Shown here: piece by piece, positions 49,994 to 64,000 of the stretch
How the letters are laid out: each line of letters opens with the position of its first letter
How positions within the stretch are numbered: the first letter of the stretch is position 1
NCBI RefSeq assembly: GCF_963921235.1
Contig: NC_086118.1
Location: 19,470,001 to 19,534,000 of the forward strand
DNA: 64,000 nt
Direction: 5' to 3'
Source: Mobula hypostoma
Lineage: Eukaryota
Program-made: the position numbers and the translations under genes
The notes under the pieces: model-generated
What the model saw: only the letters and a program-made list of their open reading frames with translations
Database searches by the model: none
What the model was told of the DNA's origin: nothing

Positions 49994-50849
49994 ACTTGTA
50001 AGTTTTTTTCAATCAAACCAGCAAAACACCTTGAGATTCCATAGACTCCTTTTGTCACATTACATTTTTAAAAAGTTACAATTTCATAAGGACTTCAGGG
50101 TTACAGATATATTTCCACACTATGAAGATGTCAGTGAGCTGGTGTGCACACTCTCTGAGCACTTGGCTTGGATGTTGCCTGGCTCTGCCGTTTTATCTGG
50201 GTTGACTCTCTGCAAAGGTTCTTATCATGCCTCCTACTGTTATCGACAGTGGCTTGTCACCTGGGAGAGGGATAGATTTTATGCCAACGTTGTGTTGCAT
50301 GTCTCAAAGCATACATAAAAGGTGTTTAGAGCATCAGCTGGAGAGGCATCACTGGTACAGTGGTCACTGTTTTTCTTCATGTAGTTAGTAATGCCTTTTG
50401 TTTACTGGTACAGTCTTACTGTCAGACTGTACACAGTCTCACAGTCTCACAGTCAGACTGTACACTGGTACAGTCGCCGCCATTTTTCCTCATGTAGTTA
50501 GTAATACCTTTTGTGGCTTAGACACATAAATGTTGGGTTTGTTATCGGACAGGTATTCCTGAATTTTCTGAGAGTAGGCAGTCTTTGCTCTCCAGATGCC
50601 TAAGATGAGGTTTCTCTTGTCTGCTCTGAGAGCTGTTCTGTGATCAGACTTGATGGCAGCATCCTGGGCTTTAATTTCATTTTGTTTTAAAATGAAATGA
50701 AATTATGGAAGACTGAGACAGAGGGTTGTAAGATCAAAACATAATGCAGAAGCTTGAATGTATGATTCAGGCTGACAGTACTGCAAAATTGAGGAAGTAC
50801 TGCAACTCCCAATTACTCATTTGTGCTTTGGGTGATACACTGAATACTC

Positions 50850-53490
50850 CTCCTGCAGGATGTGGGAAGGCAAGGAGATCTCCAGTGTCACTAGCACCTA
50901 CACCAGCAAGAAGTGCATCCAGCTACAGCTTCTTTCAGAACACATTAAGCAATTGGAGCTGGAATTGGATGAACTCTGGACCATTCAGGAGGCTGAGAGG
51001 TTAATCAACATGTCATACATGGAGGTAGTTACACCCAAGTTGCAGGACGCAGGTAACTGAGTGATGAGAAAGATGGGAAAGGAGTTAGGCAGCCAATACC
51101 CCTGTGGCCATTCCCCGTCAACTACAGGCACACCATTTTGGATACCTTTGTGGGGGACCTAGCAGAGGAAAGCCACAGTGGGCAGATCTCTGACATTGAG
51201 TCTGGCTGTGTGGCTCAGGAATACCTGGCCAATAACAAACCCGACATATGTGTCTGGGCCAAAAAAGGCATTACTAACTACATGAGGAAAAATTGGGAGA
51301 AGATTCAAGCTGTAGTGATAGGAGATTCAATGGTTAGGGGATCAGCCAGAAAGTTCTATGAATTAAAATGTGATTACTGGATGGTTGCCTCCCACTTGCC
51401 AGGGTCAGGAACATTTTGGGTCATATTCTTATATGAGTGAGCAGCCAGAGGTCATGGTCCACGTTGGTATCTGTGACATGGGTAGGAAGGGTGGGGAGGT
51501 CCTGCAAAGTCAGTTCAGAGAGTAAAGGGTTAAGTTAAAGGACAGAACCTGCAGGGTGGCGATCTTAGGATTTCCACCCATGCCACGAGCTAGTGAGGCC
51601 AGAAGTAGGAACATCATACAGTTTAACACATGGCTCAGGATATTGTGCATGAAGGAAAATTTTGACTAGAGTAGCAGGGGGATAGGATCCCAAGCACCAG
51701 AAAAGATAGTAGAGTGGTTGTGGGGAGGGATGCTGTTAAGCCTACAAAGTTAGGAATTGAAAGGTTGAACATGATGGAAATATTGTTCTGAGTTGTGTAT
51801 ATTCCAGTAGGAAAGATGGCTAGGCTTAGGGCATGGATCAGCACATGAAATTACGATATTGTAGCCATTAGTGAGATTTAGTTTCAGGAGGGGCAGAACT
51901 AGCAGCTCATTGTTGCAGAGTTTGTTGTTTTAGATGTGATAGAGCAGGAGGCTTAAAGAGGAGGGGTGGCATTACTAGTTAGGGAAAATGTCAAGGCAAT
52001 GCTCAGACAGGCAGACTGGAGAGCTCATCTACTAAGCCATATGGGTGGAAATGAAGAATAAGAGAGGGATGACCACATTGATGGGATCAGACCACTCAAC
52101 AGTCCCAGGAGTTTAGAGGAGCAAATTTATAGAAAGATTGCAGACTGTTGCAAGAAACATAAGGTTGTGATAGCAGTGTTTTAACTTTCCATATATTGAC
52201 TAAGTCTCCCATACTGTAAAAGGGCTGGATGGGATAGAGTTTATCAAATGTGTTCAGGGAAGTTTCCTTAATCAGTATATTGAAATGCCAGTTGGAGAGA
52301 GTGTAATTGTGGATCTCCTATTAGGGAAAGAGACAGGGAAGAAGTTAGTTACTTGTATAGGGAAACACTTTGCATGTAGTTTTCATAAGCCATTAGTTTC
52401 AAGATAATTTTGGAGAAGGACAGGTTTGGTCCTCAGGCGAGATTGCTATCATGTTTGCTGTTATGTGCTGGGACAGCAGATTGAGGGTAGCAGACACCAA
52501 CAGAATCAACAAACTCATTTGTAAGGCCAGTGATGTTGTAGGGATGGAACTGGACTCTCTCACAGTGGTGTCTGAAAAGAGGATGCTGTCTAAGCTGCAT
52601 GCCATCTTGGACAATGTCTCCCATCCACTACATAATGTACTGGGTGGGCCACAGGAGTACCTTCAGCCAGAGACTCATTCCTCCGAGATGCAGCACAGAG
52701 CGTCATAGGAAGTCATTCCTGCCTGTGGTCATCAAACTTTACAACTCCTCTCTTGGAGGGTCAGACATCCTGAGCCGATAGGCTGGTCCTGGACTTATTT
52801 AATAATTTATTGGCATAATTTACATATTACTATTTAACTATTTATGGTTCTATTAATATTTATTATTTATGGCGCAACTGTAACGAAAACCAATTTCCCC
52901 CGGGATCAATAAAGTATGATAATGACTATGACTAAATTGGAGAAAGGCCGGTTTTAATGGCATCAGAAAGAATCTGGCAAATGTGATTTGGGACACCTTG
53001 TTTTCCAATGAAGGCGTACTTGGTAAGTGGGAGGCCTTCAAAAGTAAAATTTTGAGAGTGCAGAGTTTGCATGTTCCTGTCAGAATAAAAAGCAAGGATA
53101 ACAGGTTTAGAGAAACTTGGTTTGCAAGAGATATTGGGGTCTTAGTTACGAAGAAGAAGGAAATGTATAGCAGGTATGGGTAGGAAGGAGTAAATGAGGT
53201 ACTTGAAGGGTATAAGAAATGCAAGAGAACAATTACAAAGGAAATCAGGAGGCTGAAAGAGGGAATGAAGTTGTTCTTTCAGACAAGGTGAAGGAGAACT
53301 CCAACTGCTTGGAGGATAGCAGATGTTGTTCTGTTGTTTAAGAAAGGCACGAAGGAAAAAAAGCAAGAAACTATGGGTGGGTGAGCCTGGCATCAGTTGT
53401 GGGAAAATTATTGGAAAGTCTTCAAAGGAAATGGATATAATAAATATTTAGATAGACAGGGACTTATTAGAGTTAGTCAGTATAGCTTGT
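50850..53490 (+). mobile_element. Degenerate CR1 (ORF1, EN, start of RT)
   Basis: CRMWE, QLELELDEL, VIGDSMVRG, EN-like motifs. Interrupted by Rex1 at ~52440-52934. Confidence 0.85.
52440..52934 (+). mobile_element. Rex1/Babar 3' fragment
   Basis: Highly similar to the reverse complement of 46967-47460. AATAAA plus TATGAC-type tail. Confidence 0.9.
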
Positions 53491-53491
53491 G

Positions 53492-53983
53492 TGTAAGCAA
53501 AATCACCGGAGAGACACTGAAGCTGATGGATATAGAAGTCTTTCTTCAGCAAAAGCAAACGGGCATCATAGTTGAAACACTCAGAAAAAGAGACTTTCCT
53601 GACCTAATATTACATGACAGTTTTATATGTTAAAGATCAAAGGTAACAGTAGGACAATTCTATAGTTACAATGTGTCTGCAATGCTTCTTTTGAAGTATA
53701 TATAATTTTCAAACACCTAGATCTTCGCACAAACACTCAAGATGCCCAAAATGAATGTTAACCGCTATCGACTCTGAGCTGCATTCATGCACATGCAGAC
53801 ATCTCAGTTCAAATGGAATGTTTCTTTCTTTGCAATCAACCCAGTCTGCAGCTCCAAGAACACTACTGCATTGCTCTGGGCTGCATTTTAAACTCAATCT
53901 ACAATCCACATTCAGGTCTGAAGATAGATTGCTATTGAAATTAACAATTGCTATACACCATAACTCCAGAATACACCCTTACA
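53492..53983 (-). mobile_element. Probable solo LTR
   Basis: Inverted termini TGTAAG...CTTACA and a minus-strand TATAAAA at ~53622. TSD not preserved. Confidence 0.45.
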
Positions 53984-54171
53984 TCGGCAAATAACAGTAA
54001 TTATCATCAACCCAGGCTGCCAATGCTTATCTGTGCTACCACACAAATATTTTTGCTCCCTACTGCAGTAGGAAGACCACTTAAGACAAAGAGAAGAGAT
54101 GAAGTCCACAGGCGACTTCCGTGGTAATTTTCTGCTGGAGCACCTGATTACAGTGCTGGAAGGGCTCTGGA

Positions 54172-54530
54172 GTCAAAGTTCAAAGTAAATTTATTATCAA
54201 AGTCACCATATACAACCATGAGATTCATTTTCTTGTAGGCATACTCAATAAGTCTAAGAACCATAATAGATTCAATGAAAGACCACACCCGTAAGGGTGG
54301 ACAAACAACCAACTGTGCAAGTACAAAAGAGAAATAATATTAATAGATAAATACAAACGTTTGTAGATAGATAAATAAATAAGCAAGCAAGCAAGCAATA
54401 AATGTCAAGAACATGAGATGAAGAATCCTTGAAAGTGAGTCCATAGGTTATGGGAACAGTTCAGCGGTGGGGAAAGTGAAGTTGAAAGAAGTTATCCCCA
54501 CTGGTTCAAGAGCCTGATTGTTGAGGTGTC
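54172..54530 (-). mobile_element. Rex1-type LINE 3' end
   Basis: Paralog of 58146-58505 (AAGTTCAAAGTAAATTTATTATCAAAGT...AGAGCCTGAT). Confidence 0.65.
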
Positions 54531-54951
54531 TTCTGTACAAAGCATGTGCCTGCAATGGGCATTGTCCTTCATAAGCCTGTCTTGGGCCCTCTGACTCTCC
54601 AAACCCCTCCCATGAACGCATCAAAATTCAGTCACTGGTACCCTTACAGCTGGTATTGTGCTCACAGTAAGATGGTGAATTCATTTAAGAACTGCCTGGA
54701 AATTCACAGCTACTAGGCTACATGCTCACAATTGATATAAACTGAAGCACATCAATATGGAAGGCTGCACTAAACCCTTTCAGTGGAGTATGACACAGGG
54801 ATGTGTGACAACACTGGTCTGTTGAAACTCACAATTGAAATTTCTGCATTTAAGTTCTACTTTCATTAACTGTTGGAGTGACAATATGGTTTTAACACCA
54901 TTTTTTTTCTCGCCTGATTTTCTTAATTAATATCAGCAATGGATATTCATT

Positions 54952-55100
54952 TATTAAGACCATAAAACATAGAAACAGAATCAGGCTATTCAGTCCATTG
55001 AGTTCATTCCACCATTTGATCATAGAAAGTTTGTTTTTCCTCTCAACCCCATTCTCCTGCCTTCTCCCTGTAACCTTTGACACTCTTACTAATCTATCAA
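54952..55100 (-). mobile_element. CR1 3' end
   Basis: Similar to 2151-2310. Confidence 0.8.
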
Positions 55101-55529
55101 ACGTTGCTCGTTTTGAGACAGAACTAGGTATACAGATTCTCCTAGCATATTTGTTTATATATTATTCACTCTAATTAATTAATTCATTGCCTACATTTGT
55201 GGTTGTGATGTTTATGACAGATCTAACGTCAATTGGTGAATGTATTTTAAAATTAATTTAGAATTTAGCTTGAAAATTGAAATATATACTTAAAACAATA
55301 TTTGGATTTATTCAAAAGCTTTCAATATTGCTAATGAAGAACTTATGATATGTAAAGTTCATGGACATAATAGTCAATGCACACAGCATGCATTCCCATA
55401 AACAGAAATGCAAGCCCTACCGAATAATCTGTTTTAAATAGCAATGAATATTCTCTTATGCACCAAATAAAATTAGCCTATTTTTATTCAAAAATGTTTT
55501 TATATTAAATGTCTGGTCTTATTTTAATA

Positions 55530-56530
55530 TTATAGAGTGATAGAACACTACAGTATAGAAACAGGCCTTTTCCCCATCTACTTCATACCGAACTATTTAT
55601 TTACCTTTTCCCATCGACCTGCATCTGGACCATAGCCCTCCATACCCTCCCTTCCACGTACCTATCCAAATTTCTCTTAAATGTTGAAATCAAACCCACA
55701 TCTATCACTTCCGCTGGCAGCTCGTTCCATACTCTCACCACCCTCGGAGTGAAGAAATTTCCCCTCATGTTCTCCTTCAGCATTTCACTTTTCAACCTTA
55801 ACCTGCGACCTCTAGTTCGAGTCTCACTAAACCTCAGTAAGTAAAAACCCTGCTTGCATTTACCCTATATAATACCCCACAAAATCTGTATATATCTATC
55901 AAATCTCTCCTTATTTTTCTATGATCTCGGGAATAAAGTCCTAACCTGTTCAACCTTTCTCTGAAATTCAGGCCCTCAAGAACCGGTAGTAGCTTTGTAA
56001 ATTTTCTCTGCACTCTTTTAATCTTAATGATATCTTCCCTGTAGGTATGTAACCACAACTAAACAAAATACTCCAAATTAGGCCTCACCAATGTCTAAAA
56101 CAACTTCAACATAACATCCTAACTGCTGTATTCAGTGCTTGCATTTATGAAGACCAATGTGCCAAAAAATATATTTACAATCCTATGTACCTATGACATC
56201 ACTTGCAAGGAATTATTGATCTGCATTCGCTGATCCCTCTGCTCTATCACATTACTCACAGCCACTGTGTAAATTATACCTTCGTTTGTCCTCCCAAAGT
56301 GCAAGTCCTCACATTTATCTGCATTAACTTTCTTTTGCCAGTTTTTAGCTCAGTTTTCCAGCAGTTCCAGATCCTGCTACAGGATTGGTGTCACCGATCT
56401 TGGTGCAATCTGCAAATTTGCTAATCCAGTTAACTACTATACCCCCACATCCTTGCTATAGATGACAAACAGCAATGGACCAGCATGATCCCTGAGGCAA
56501 TCCATTTCTCACAAGCTTTCAGTTAGAGAG
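55530..56530 (-). mobile_element. CR1 ORF2 3' fragment
   Basis: RVQRKFTKLLP, RLNRLGLYS, FFTPRVVRVWNELP. Confidence 0.85.
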
Positions 56531-56549
56531 GCAACCTTAAATCCATTAC

Positions 56550-57900
56550 TGATCTTCTCGAACTGCTACAGTTTGCTTATAGTGCAAATCGCTAAATTAA
56601 AGATGCAGTTAACTTCTGTCATCACTACATTCTTCAACATTTGAACTCCTCTAACACCTATGTGAGGATCTTATTTGTGGCTTTTAGCTCCACCTTCAAC
56701 ACTATTGTTTCGGATTTGCTCCTTACCAATCTAACCCAGCTAGATGTCCCCTACAGTATCTGTCAATGGGTTAAGAAGGAAGGAAGCAGTATGTAAGGCT
56801 GGGCTCCTACTTATCAGATCCAATATCTATAAGTACTGACACACCCCAGGGCTGTGTTCTTTCACCCCTCCTATTCTCAATTTATACAAATGACTGTACC
56901 TCCACAGACAAATCCATTCAAATCCTGATGTTTGCAGAGGACATGAATGTAGTTGGTCTCATCTCTAAATGATGTGATCTGCTATCAAACAGAGTACACT
57001 GTTTTGCATCATGAGTGCTCATAGCAACTTGGAGCTTAATGCTATCAGGATGGTAAAAGTGAGTGTTAACTTCTTCTACTAACACCTTACTTGCCCCACC
57101 TTGTAAATTAATGGTCAAGCTGTGCCTGTGGTCAAGTCATTAAAATTCCTGAAGACTACCATTACCAATACATTGAAGTGGACAAGTACATTATGCTCAT
57201 CACTAAGAAAGCCTAGCAGAGATTGTTCTTCCTATGCCAGCTTAGGAAACATAACATCTCAGGACATATCCTGATGAATTTTTACTCAGCCGTCATTGAA
57301 ATTATTGTGACCACCTGTGTCACTATTTGGTTTCCCGCCGCCTCCTCGCTCTCCAAGTCCAGCTTGCAGTGAGTGGTCTACTCGGTGGAGAAGATTATTG
57401 TCTGTCAGCTACTGATGTTAGAAGTCCTGTTCATTGCCAGAGTCAAGAAAAGAGTTGAAAAAATTACTGCTGATGCCACCCACCTTCGGAGTCAAATTGC
57501 TATCGAGGAGATGCTACAAGTCCATCACCACCAGGACTACACACTATCTCTAAAGCTTTTATCCTGGAGCTCTCCAGTTTCTCAACAAAACTCATCAAGT
57601 GTAATACCCTAACTGTCCCTGCGCAACATCCATTAAATGGTCTTTCCTGCTCTCCTTGTTCTGTTGATAATTATTGAGACTGTTCATATGTTCACATTTA
57701 TTTAAGTTTGATTATTGACATTTGCACATGCAACTGTTTTGCTAATCGTTGATTGCTTATGACCATTTGCACTATTGTCTTATAAACTGTTAGTTGCAAT
57801 TGTGTTGTCTGTCATGGTATTGTCCTGTTTTTTATCCTTGGCACTGAACCACAATCAGTTCTGGTATGTTGCACATACTGGCAGTGAAGTGATTCTGATT
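56550..57900 (+). mobile_element. Degenerate Rex1-type LINE (RT to 3' end)
   Basis: LQFAY, YVRILFVAFSSTFNTI, PQGCVLSPLLFS. Tail TGATTCTGATTCTG. Confidence 0.8.
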
Positions 57901-58145
57901 CTGTTGATTGCTTCAGGAAGGCTACCAGCATAATTAAATATGCCTGCTACCCTGGCCACCCTCTTTTCTCTCTTCCATTTTCCAGGAGAAGATGCAGGAT
58001 CTTGAAATCCCACCTGTCCAAACTTAAGAACAGCTTCTTCCTCAATGGTGTCATTGTACTGAACCAATCACCTCTTTCACACCCCCTTCCCTGTAGTGCT
58101 GCCACATTTAAGCACTCGTAACTCTACCTCTCTCAGCTATTCTGT

Positions 58146-58505
58146 TTGAAGTTCAAAGTAAATTTTATTATCAAAGTACATATATGTCACCGTATAGAAC
58201 CCTAAGACTCATTTTCTGTGGGTGTACTCAGCAAGTCTGTAGAATAGTATCTATAACAGGATCAATGCAAGATCAACCAGCGTGCAGAAGACAACAAACT
58301 GCGCAAATGCAAATACAAATAAATAGCAATAAACAATGAGAACATAATAAAGAGCCCTTGAAAGTGAAATCATTAGTTGCAGGAACACTTCAATTATGGA
58401 GCAAGTGAAGTTGAGTGTAGTTATACCCTTTTATTCTAGAGCCTGATGGTTGAGGGGTAGTGACTGTTCTTGAACCTGGTGGTGCGAGTCCTGTGGCTCT
58501 TGTAC
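58146..58505 (-). mobile_element. Rex1-type LINE 3' end
   Basis: Paralog of 54172-54530. Confidence 0.65.
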
Positions 58506-58799
58506 TGTCATTTCAGCATTCCCTTTTGCACCAATTTCAATCCTTGAATAATTCTGCAGTTTCGTGCTCATAATTGTATTTATCGGTTGATTTATGTATT
58601 ATTATCATGTGAAATTTATGTAAACAGGGAATTTCAATACAGCTTGTTGTATATGGCAATAAATTAATCTATATCTGAATCTGAGTCAGAATGATCCAGA
58701 AGTTAGCAAGCTGAGCATGACCATGATCCTGACCTCCATACACAAGCAATGAAGGGGCACCCGGGGTCCTGTATTTCAAATTGCAGGAAGCCACAGAAC

Positions 58800-59098
58800 C
58801 CGCAGTAGTGTAGTGGTTAGTGTGATGGTGCATTCCAGCGTTTGGAGTTCAGTTCGGGTGCCGTTCTGTAAGAGCCTTTGTACGTCATCCCTGAACAATA
58901 CGCAGATTTTCCCTGGGTGCTCCAGTTTCCTCCCACAGTCCAAAGACGTACCAGGTCGGTTAATTGGTCATTGTACATTGTCCCGTGATTAGATTAAGGT
59001 TATTCGGGCTTGTGGAGTTGTCAGATGCTGGAGTGTCATGGCTCGAAGGGCCAGGAGGGCCTATTCTGTGCTGTATCATGAAATAAGAAAGAAATAAA
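58800..59098 (+). mobile_element. V-SINE
   Basis: A-box-like TAGTGTAGTGG, V domain TTTCCCTGGGTGCTCCAGTTTCCTCCCACAGTCCAAAGAC, CR1-like tail. Confidence 0.8.
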
Positions 59099-61449
59099 AC
59101 CCAGTGAGTACAAAGAAAGCAGTTCATGCCTTTTAAGCTGCATGGGTTCAGAGGATATAAGGTTGGTAGAGCCTGATTTACTCCATGAGTAAATGAGAGC
59201 TGTTGTTTGTCAGGTCATAGAGGATGAAGAGCTTACTGCAGATGTCATGTAGAGGAATTTAACATGAGAAAGTGTGTACTACCCAAAATAAGAATTCTGC
59301 TAAAAGTCGAGAGAGTAATTTCCCAATGGATATTCAGGCGTCAAGAGATATGCTTAAAGTTGCTCTATGCTACAATATTCAAATTCACAATCCTTCTTTG
59401 TTTTAGTGTTCAAACAAATCACCAGCCCAGAATGATGAAAAAGAAACATTGAGCAAGTCACAAAAAAGTGTATTTCTTTGAAGGGATCGATAAATAATGA
59501 AAGATACACATAAGGACTGTCAGTCAACTATTTTGGTCAGGAAATAAATGACCATTTATACATTACTGGATTGGAGAATCAACTTAAAGTATATCACGCA
59601 CTTTTATCAAATAGAAGGCCTAAGCTCATGATCTTTAATCCTGAGCTGAGAATTTTCCAATGCAATCAATTTGATTCTCTAAATGAAATGAAATTACATT
59701 TAAACTGATTTTATCTCTTGTCATAAACTTCTAAATATTAAAGAAGTAAAAACACTTCAGATCACAGCTTTGATTTTGCACCTAGCATTCAAATCCTTAT
59801 AGTTGCTCATTGTCTCGTTTCAGATTTTATGGCAATTTAGGATCACCAGGATTCTGTTACTCTGGCACTTTCTGAATGAATCTGGAACCTACATGGGCTC
59901 TGCAACAAGTTTCACTGAAAAATTACTCCTGAGAGGCACAGCAAAAAAAACCTTGGAAATATAAAGCAGAGTAGTAAATTCAATGTGAAATTTCATAGAG
60001 AGGGCAGGCAAAATAACAAAAAGGGGAAAGAAACATTAAATAAGGAAGATAAAAGACAAAAAAGAAAACAAAGTATTTTATCTTAATTTTAAGTTCCCAT
60101 TTAGATAAAATCTGAAGAAGACTGAGTTTGTTATTTAGTGCAATTAACATTTAATAAACTGTTAAAAATTCATTTAGGTTTGAATGGATGTCCTACTCTT
60201 TCCGGCCATTTATCTGGAGCTAAAGTCCCACAATTCTACTGTCTGAATACTGACTCTCTCAGTGCAGTAATAGTGTACTGGAGAATGAGAGCAAACGAGA
60301 CAGCAACCTCCTAGTTTTCGTGTAACTATACCAATTCTGAAAGTAACTCTCTGATTTATTGCTTAATAACATAAGTTCTAATCACCTCATCATTATCACT
60401 ACTGCGAAGTCCAGTCCAGTGCAACAGAACATATTTGATGCTGACTTATCCTTCTTTATTTTCACAAACTGCGGAGAATGGATATTGCTGTTTGTATAAA
60501 TTTTAACAACCTTCTTTGACAAGTCTCCCAGGAAACGACTAGACAGCATGTCCAAACCTTCAGCTCAAAAGCCAGATTTTTCTCTGAGCAAATAATTTTT
60601 TTTTAAAGATCTGAACTGGATTTTTGTTCTTATTGTTGCATTATGCTAAATATACCACGTATCTAATTGAGTGAGCGGTCTCCACATTTTTGATAAGCAC
60701 CTTCATTCACTTTCACTCACCGTTAAGTCAGGTTTGGTATTTTTTGATGAAGCATTTTAGTTTCTTCTATCAGCTTTCTGAATCGACAGCTGAGTTGCAA
60801 ATACTTTGGACAAGATCTCATTTCTTTACCAACTGATGATTATCTATTGTCCTGATTACCTGATTTTACACAGGGCATTTTCCATTCATTCTGCAAGTGC
60901 CAGGACACTCTCACTAAAAGAAATGCTATTAACGTGCTTTTGCTCAAATTTTTCTTTGCTGCAAGTATAATGAAAATTCTTCGGTAATACTTGATTTGAG
61001 AAGTAATTCTTAAGTGACAAATATTAGTGTCATGAAATGGTCCATCACCAATTCCCTGACAACACTATGGCATCTCCAAGGAGTATGATAAAAGATCTTT
61101 GGAAGTGTCCCTTGACATTTTATTTTCAAGTTTTTTTTGTGTTGGGTCTGTGCACAACTACATATAGATTAAATAAAAGCACATATGTGTGAGATGGCTT
61201 TAACTGGTGTATTCACATTGCAGCAAGACAGAGAGAACAAATTGCATGTATTGACAGCAGATAAATACTGGGGGCAGGGGTCATTACTCTAAAAGAACTA
61301 GCTTCATACATTACAGCTTCTATTTAATAGTGTTGTTAAGATTTCTCATTGGATTCTTGGTGCCATGCTGACAAGCTTACAGTATGTATCTGAATCCAAA
61401 AGCTTTGCTGAATTTTCTGAATGCTTGCCTAGTGAAACGCAGTTCATTC

Positions 61450-64000
61450 GTTATAGAGGCACAGGACAGTACCGCACGGATACAGCCCTTTTGGTCCAAT
61501 AGCCATGATGCCCACCCATCTAGCCCTAGTTTTCTGTGTTCAGTCCATAAGCTTGTAAGCTTTGCTCCTCCATGTACCAATCAAATGCACCTTAATTGAT
61601 ACTGTAGTACTTGCCTCAACCACTTTCTCTCACAGTTAGTTCCATATACTCACCACATCTGCTTGAAAAAATTGCCCCTTGAGTCCCTTTTAAGTCTTTA
61701 CCCTCTCACTTTAAATCTATGCTTTTTAGTTTTGGAGTCCCCTGCCTTAGGAAAAGACTGCTACCATCTATCTTGTCACTGACCCTCATGATGTTATAAC
61801 CTCTATAAGACCACCCTTCAATCTCCTACACTCCAAGGAATAAACACCTTACCTGACCAACCTCTCCTGAAAACTCAGGCACTTTAGTCATAAATCTCCT
61901 GAAAACTCAGGCAACATCATCATAAATCTTTTCCACACTCTTTCCAGTTTAACCATGTCTCTCCTACGGCAGGGTTAACAAAACTGAACATAATACTCCA
62001 AATGTGACCTTACCAATGATTTGTACAACTGCAACAAAATGTGCAAACTGCTATAGTCAGGGCTCTGACTAATGAAAGCCAGCGCGCTAATGCATTTTTA
62101 CCAACTTATCTAGTTCAACGAACTATGCATCTGTATTCCTAAGTCCTTCTGTTCCATTCTACTCCCAAATGTCCTATCATTTATAGTTTAAGTCCTACTC
62201 CAGTTTGAATTGCCAAAATGCATTACCTCACACTCATCTGTTTTGAAATCCATTTGGCAGTCCTGGGCCGACTTCTCTAACTGATCAGGATCCCATTGTA
62301 ATCGATGATAACCCTCCTCACTATCAACAGCACCTTCTAATTTTGTATCACCCACAGACTTACTGATGAAATCTTGCGCATTCACATCCAAATTCACATT
62401 CGCATACCCGATCAAAACTTTTCCATGGATGGCTGACCGGAAGTGCACTGAGAGCGGTAAGCGTAAAGGAGTTGGGGGCTTACTGTTCTGGTTAACAACG
62501 GATGGTGCAATCCGGGTCGTATTACGATCAAGGAACGTGTTTGTAGACTGGATATTGAACTTTTTGCTGTTGGACTCCGGCCATATTCCACCGAGATACA
62601 ACACTGGGCATCACGGGAGGTTGTTCCTGCCTGTGGCCGTCGAACTTTGCAGCTCCTCCCGTGGAGAGTCAGACACCCTGAGCCAATAGACTGGATCTGG
62701 ACTTATTTCCATCTGGCATAGTTTGCATTTTGTTGTTTGATTGTTTGTGGTTTTTGCATTGCCATATTTATGCTCTATTCTTGGTTGGTGCGGCTGTAAC
62801 GAAACCTAATTTCCCTCGGGATCAATAAAGTATATCTATCTACCTATCTATCTATCTATCTATCTATCAAATAATTTACGCAAGTAACAAAGAATGAGGA
62901 CTTCAACACCAACTCCTACAGCTCACCACTCATCACTGGCCTCCATTCTGAGAAACAAACATCAGCCATCACCCTCTGTTTCCTCCCTCGGAACTAATTT
63001 TGAATCCACCGAACTAGCTCTTCTGGATTCCATTGGACTTAATCTTCCAGGCCACCCTATCATGCAGGACCTTGTAGAAGGCCTTACCAAATTCCAGATA
63101 GACAGCATCTGCCTTTGGTTACCTTTCAAAAAAAATACTCTAAAAGCTTAATCAAGTGCAATCTCCTCAGGAAGGGTAAGACGAGGGAATACAAACCAAA
63201 CCATGCTAACTTCCTGCTACTGATTTCAGGATGACCAGATTGCAGTTTGCTGGCTTGTCTATGCTACCCTTCTTAAACAACTGAGCGATATTAGCCACCT
63301 TACAGACTTTGAGAACTTCACCAGAGGCTAACAATAAAGCAAGTATCTCCCCAAGGGCCTCTGCAATTTCTCCTCTAGCCTCCTACAAAGTCCAAGGATG
63401 GTTTAGGTCCAGTGCTGGGATTTATCCACCTTAATGCCCTATAAGGTTACAAATACCTCCTCCTGGGTAATATGAAAGTTATCCAAAACATTTCCCCTGG
63501 TTCCTGTATCTCATGAGCACAGTGATTTTCTCCTCAGTAAACACTGAGGAAAAACATTCGTTCAAAATCTTATCCAAGGCAAAGGTGGTCCTGTTGAACT
63601 CTAAGGTGTCCTATTCTCTCTCTAGCCACCCTCTTACACTTAATATAGCTATAGAACATTTTGGGATTTTTCTTAACCTTGCCTGTCAGATCCATCTCAT
63701 ACCCTGTTTGTGCGCTCTTGATTTCCTCCTTAAGACTTTTCTTAATTCTTAATTTTTTATGTAGTTATCAATGGATTCACTTGTCTCCCACCTCCTAAAA
63801 CCAATATATGCTTCTTTCTTTTCCTTGACATGACTCTCAATATCTCTCATTAGCTAGGTTTCCCTGAACTTGCCCTGTTAACCCTTCACTCTAACAGGAA
63901 CATGCCGCTCGTGAACTCATGATTTCACACCCTTCAAAGTTGTTATTCATTCCTTTCCCTTTAAAAAGACTCACCCAATAAACCTGTGCCAGATCCTGCC
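61450..64000 (-). mobile_element. Old CR1 ORF2, interrupted at 62394-62867
   Basis: SKSVGDTKL, CEVMHFG and other CR1 RT motifs. 3' end near 61452. Confidence 0.85.
62394..62867 (+). mobile_element. Internally deleted Rex1 (EN piece fused to 3' end)
   Basis: ADRKCTESGKRKG...VNNGWC...ELFAVGLRPY joined to a Rex1 3' end. (CTAT)n tail. Candidate TSD CAAAT (62389-62393, 62868-62872). Confidence 0.8.

Noticed and set aside
446..63752. Remaining short ORFs in the track
   Set aside because: They are antisense or off-frame readings of retroelements, or random ORFs without recognisable domains.

Overview
Eukaryotic, gene-poor and extremely retroelement-dense DNA. The mix of CR1 with an esterase ORF1, V-SINE/DeuSINE, Rex1, Tx1, fish-type L1 and Penelope families suggests a cartilaginous fish, probably a ray; this taxon call is an inference. 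I found no host protein-coding exon, rRNA, tRNA gene or CRISPR array. The window is a stack of nested insertions. (1) A degenerate + strand Gypsy provirus is interrupted by a SINE-like element that is itself interrupted by a full-length CR1. (2) A - strand Gypsy is interrupted by a Rex1/Penelope/RTE composite and by a full-length L1 with a 15-bp TSD, and that L1 carries a solo LTR with a 4-bp TSD. (3) A tail-out inverted Penelope duplication is flanked by a 15-bp TSD. (4) A young 5'-truncated L1 has an uninterrupted 954-codon ORF2 and a 15-bp TSD. Many further CR1, Rex1, Tx1, Nimb, SINE and MITE fragments are present. The Penelope copies carry minimal hammerhead ribozyme cores. I see no convincing new biological system; the best leads are mechanistic (palindromic Penelope insertion, ribozymes, a templated 5' junction, a SINE-like family with a Rex1-type tail). 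Family names come from motif recognition, not database searches, and boundaries lacking a TSD are approximate.
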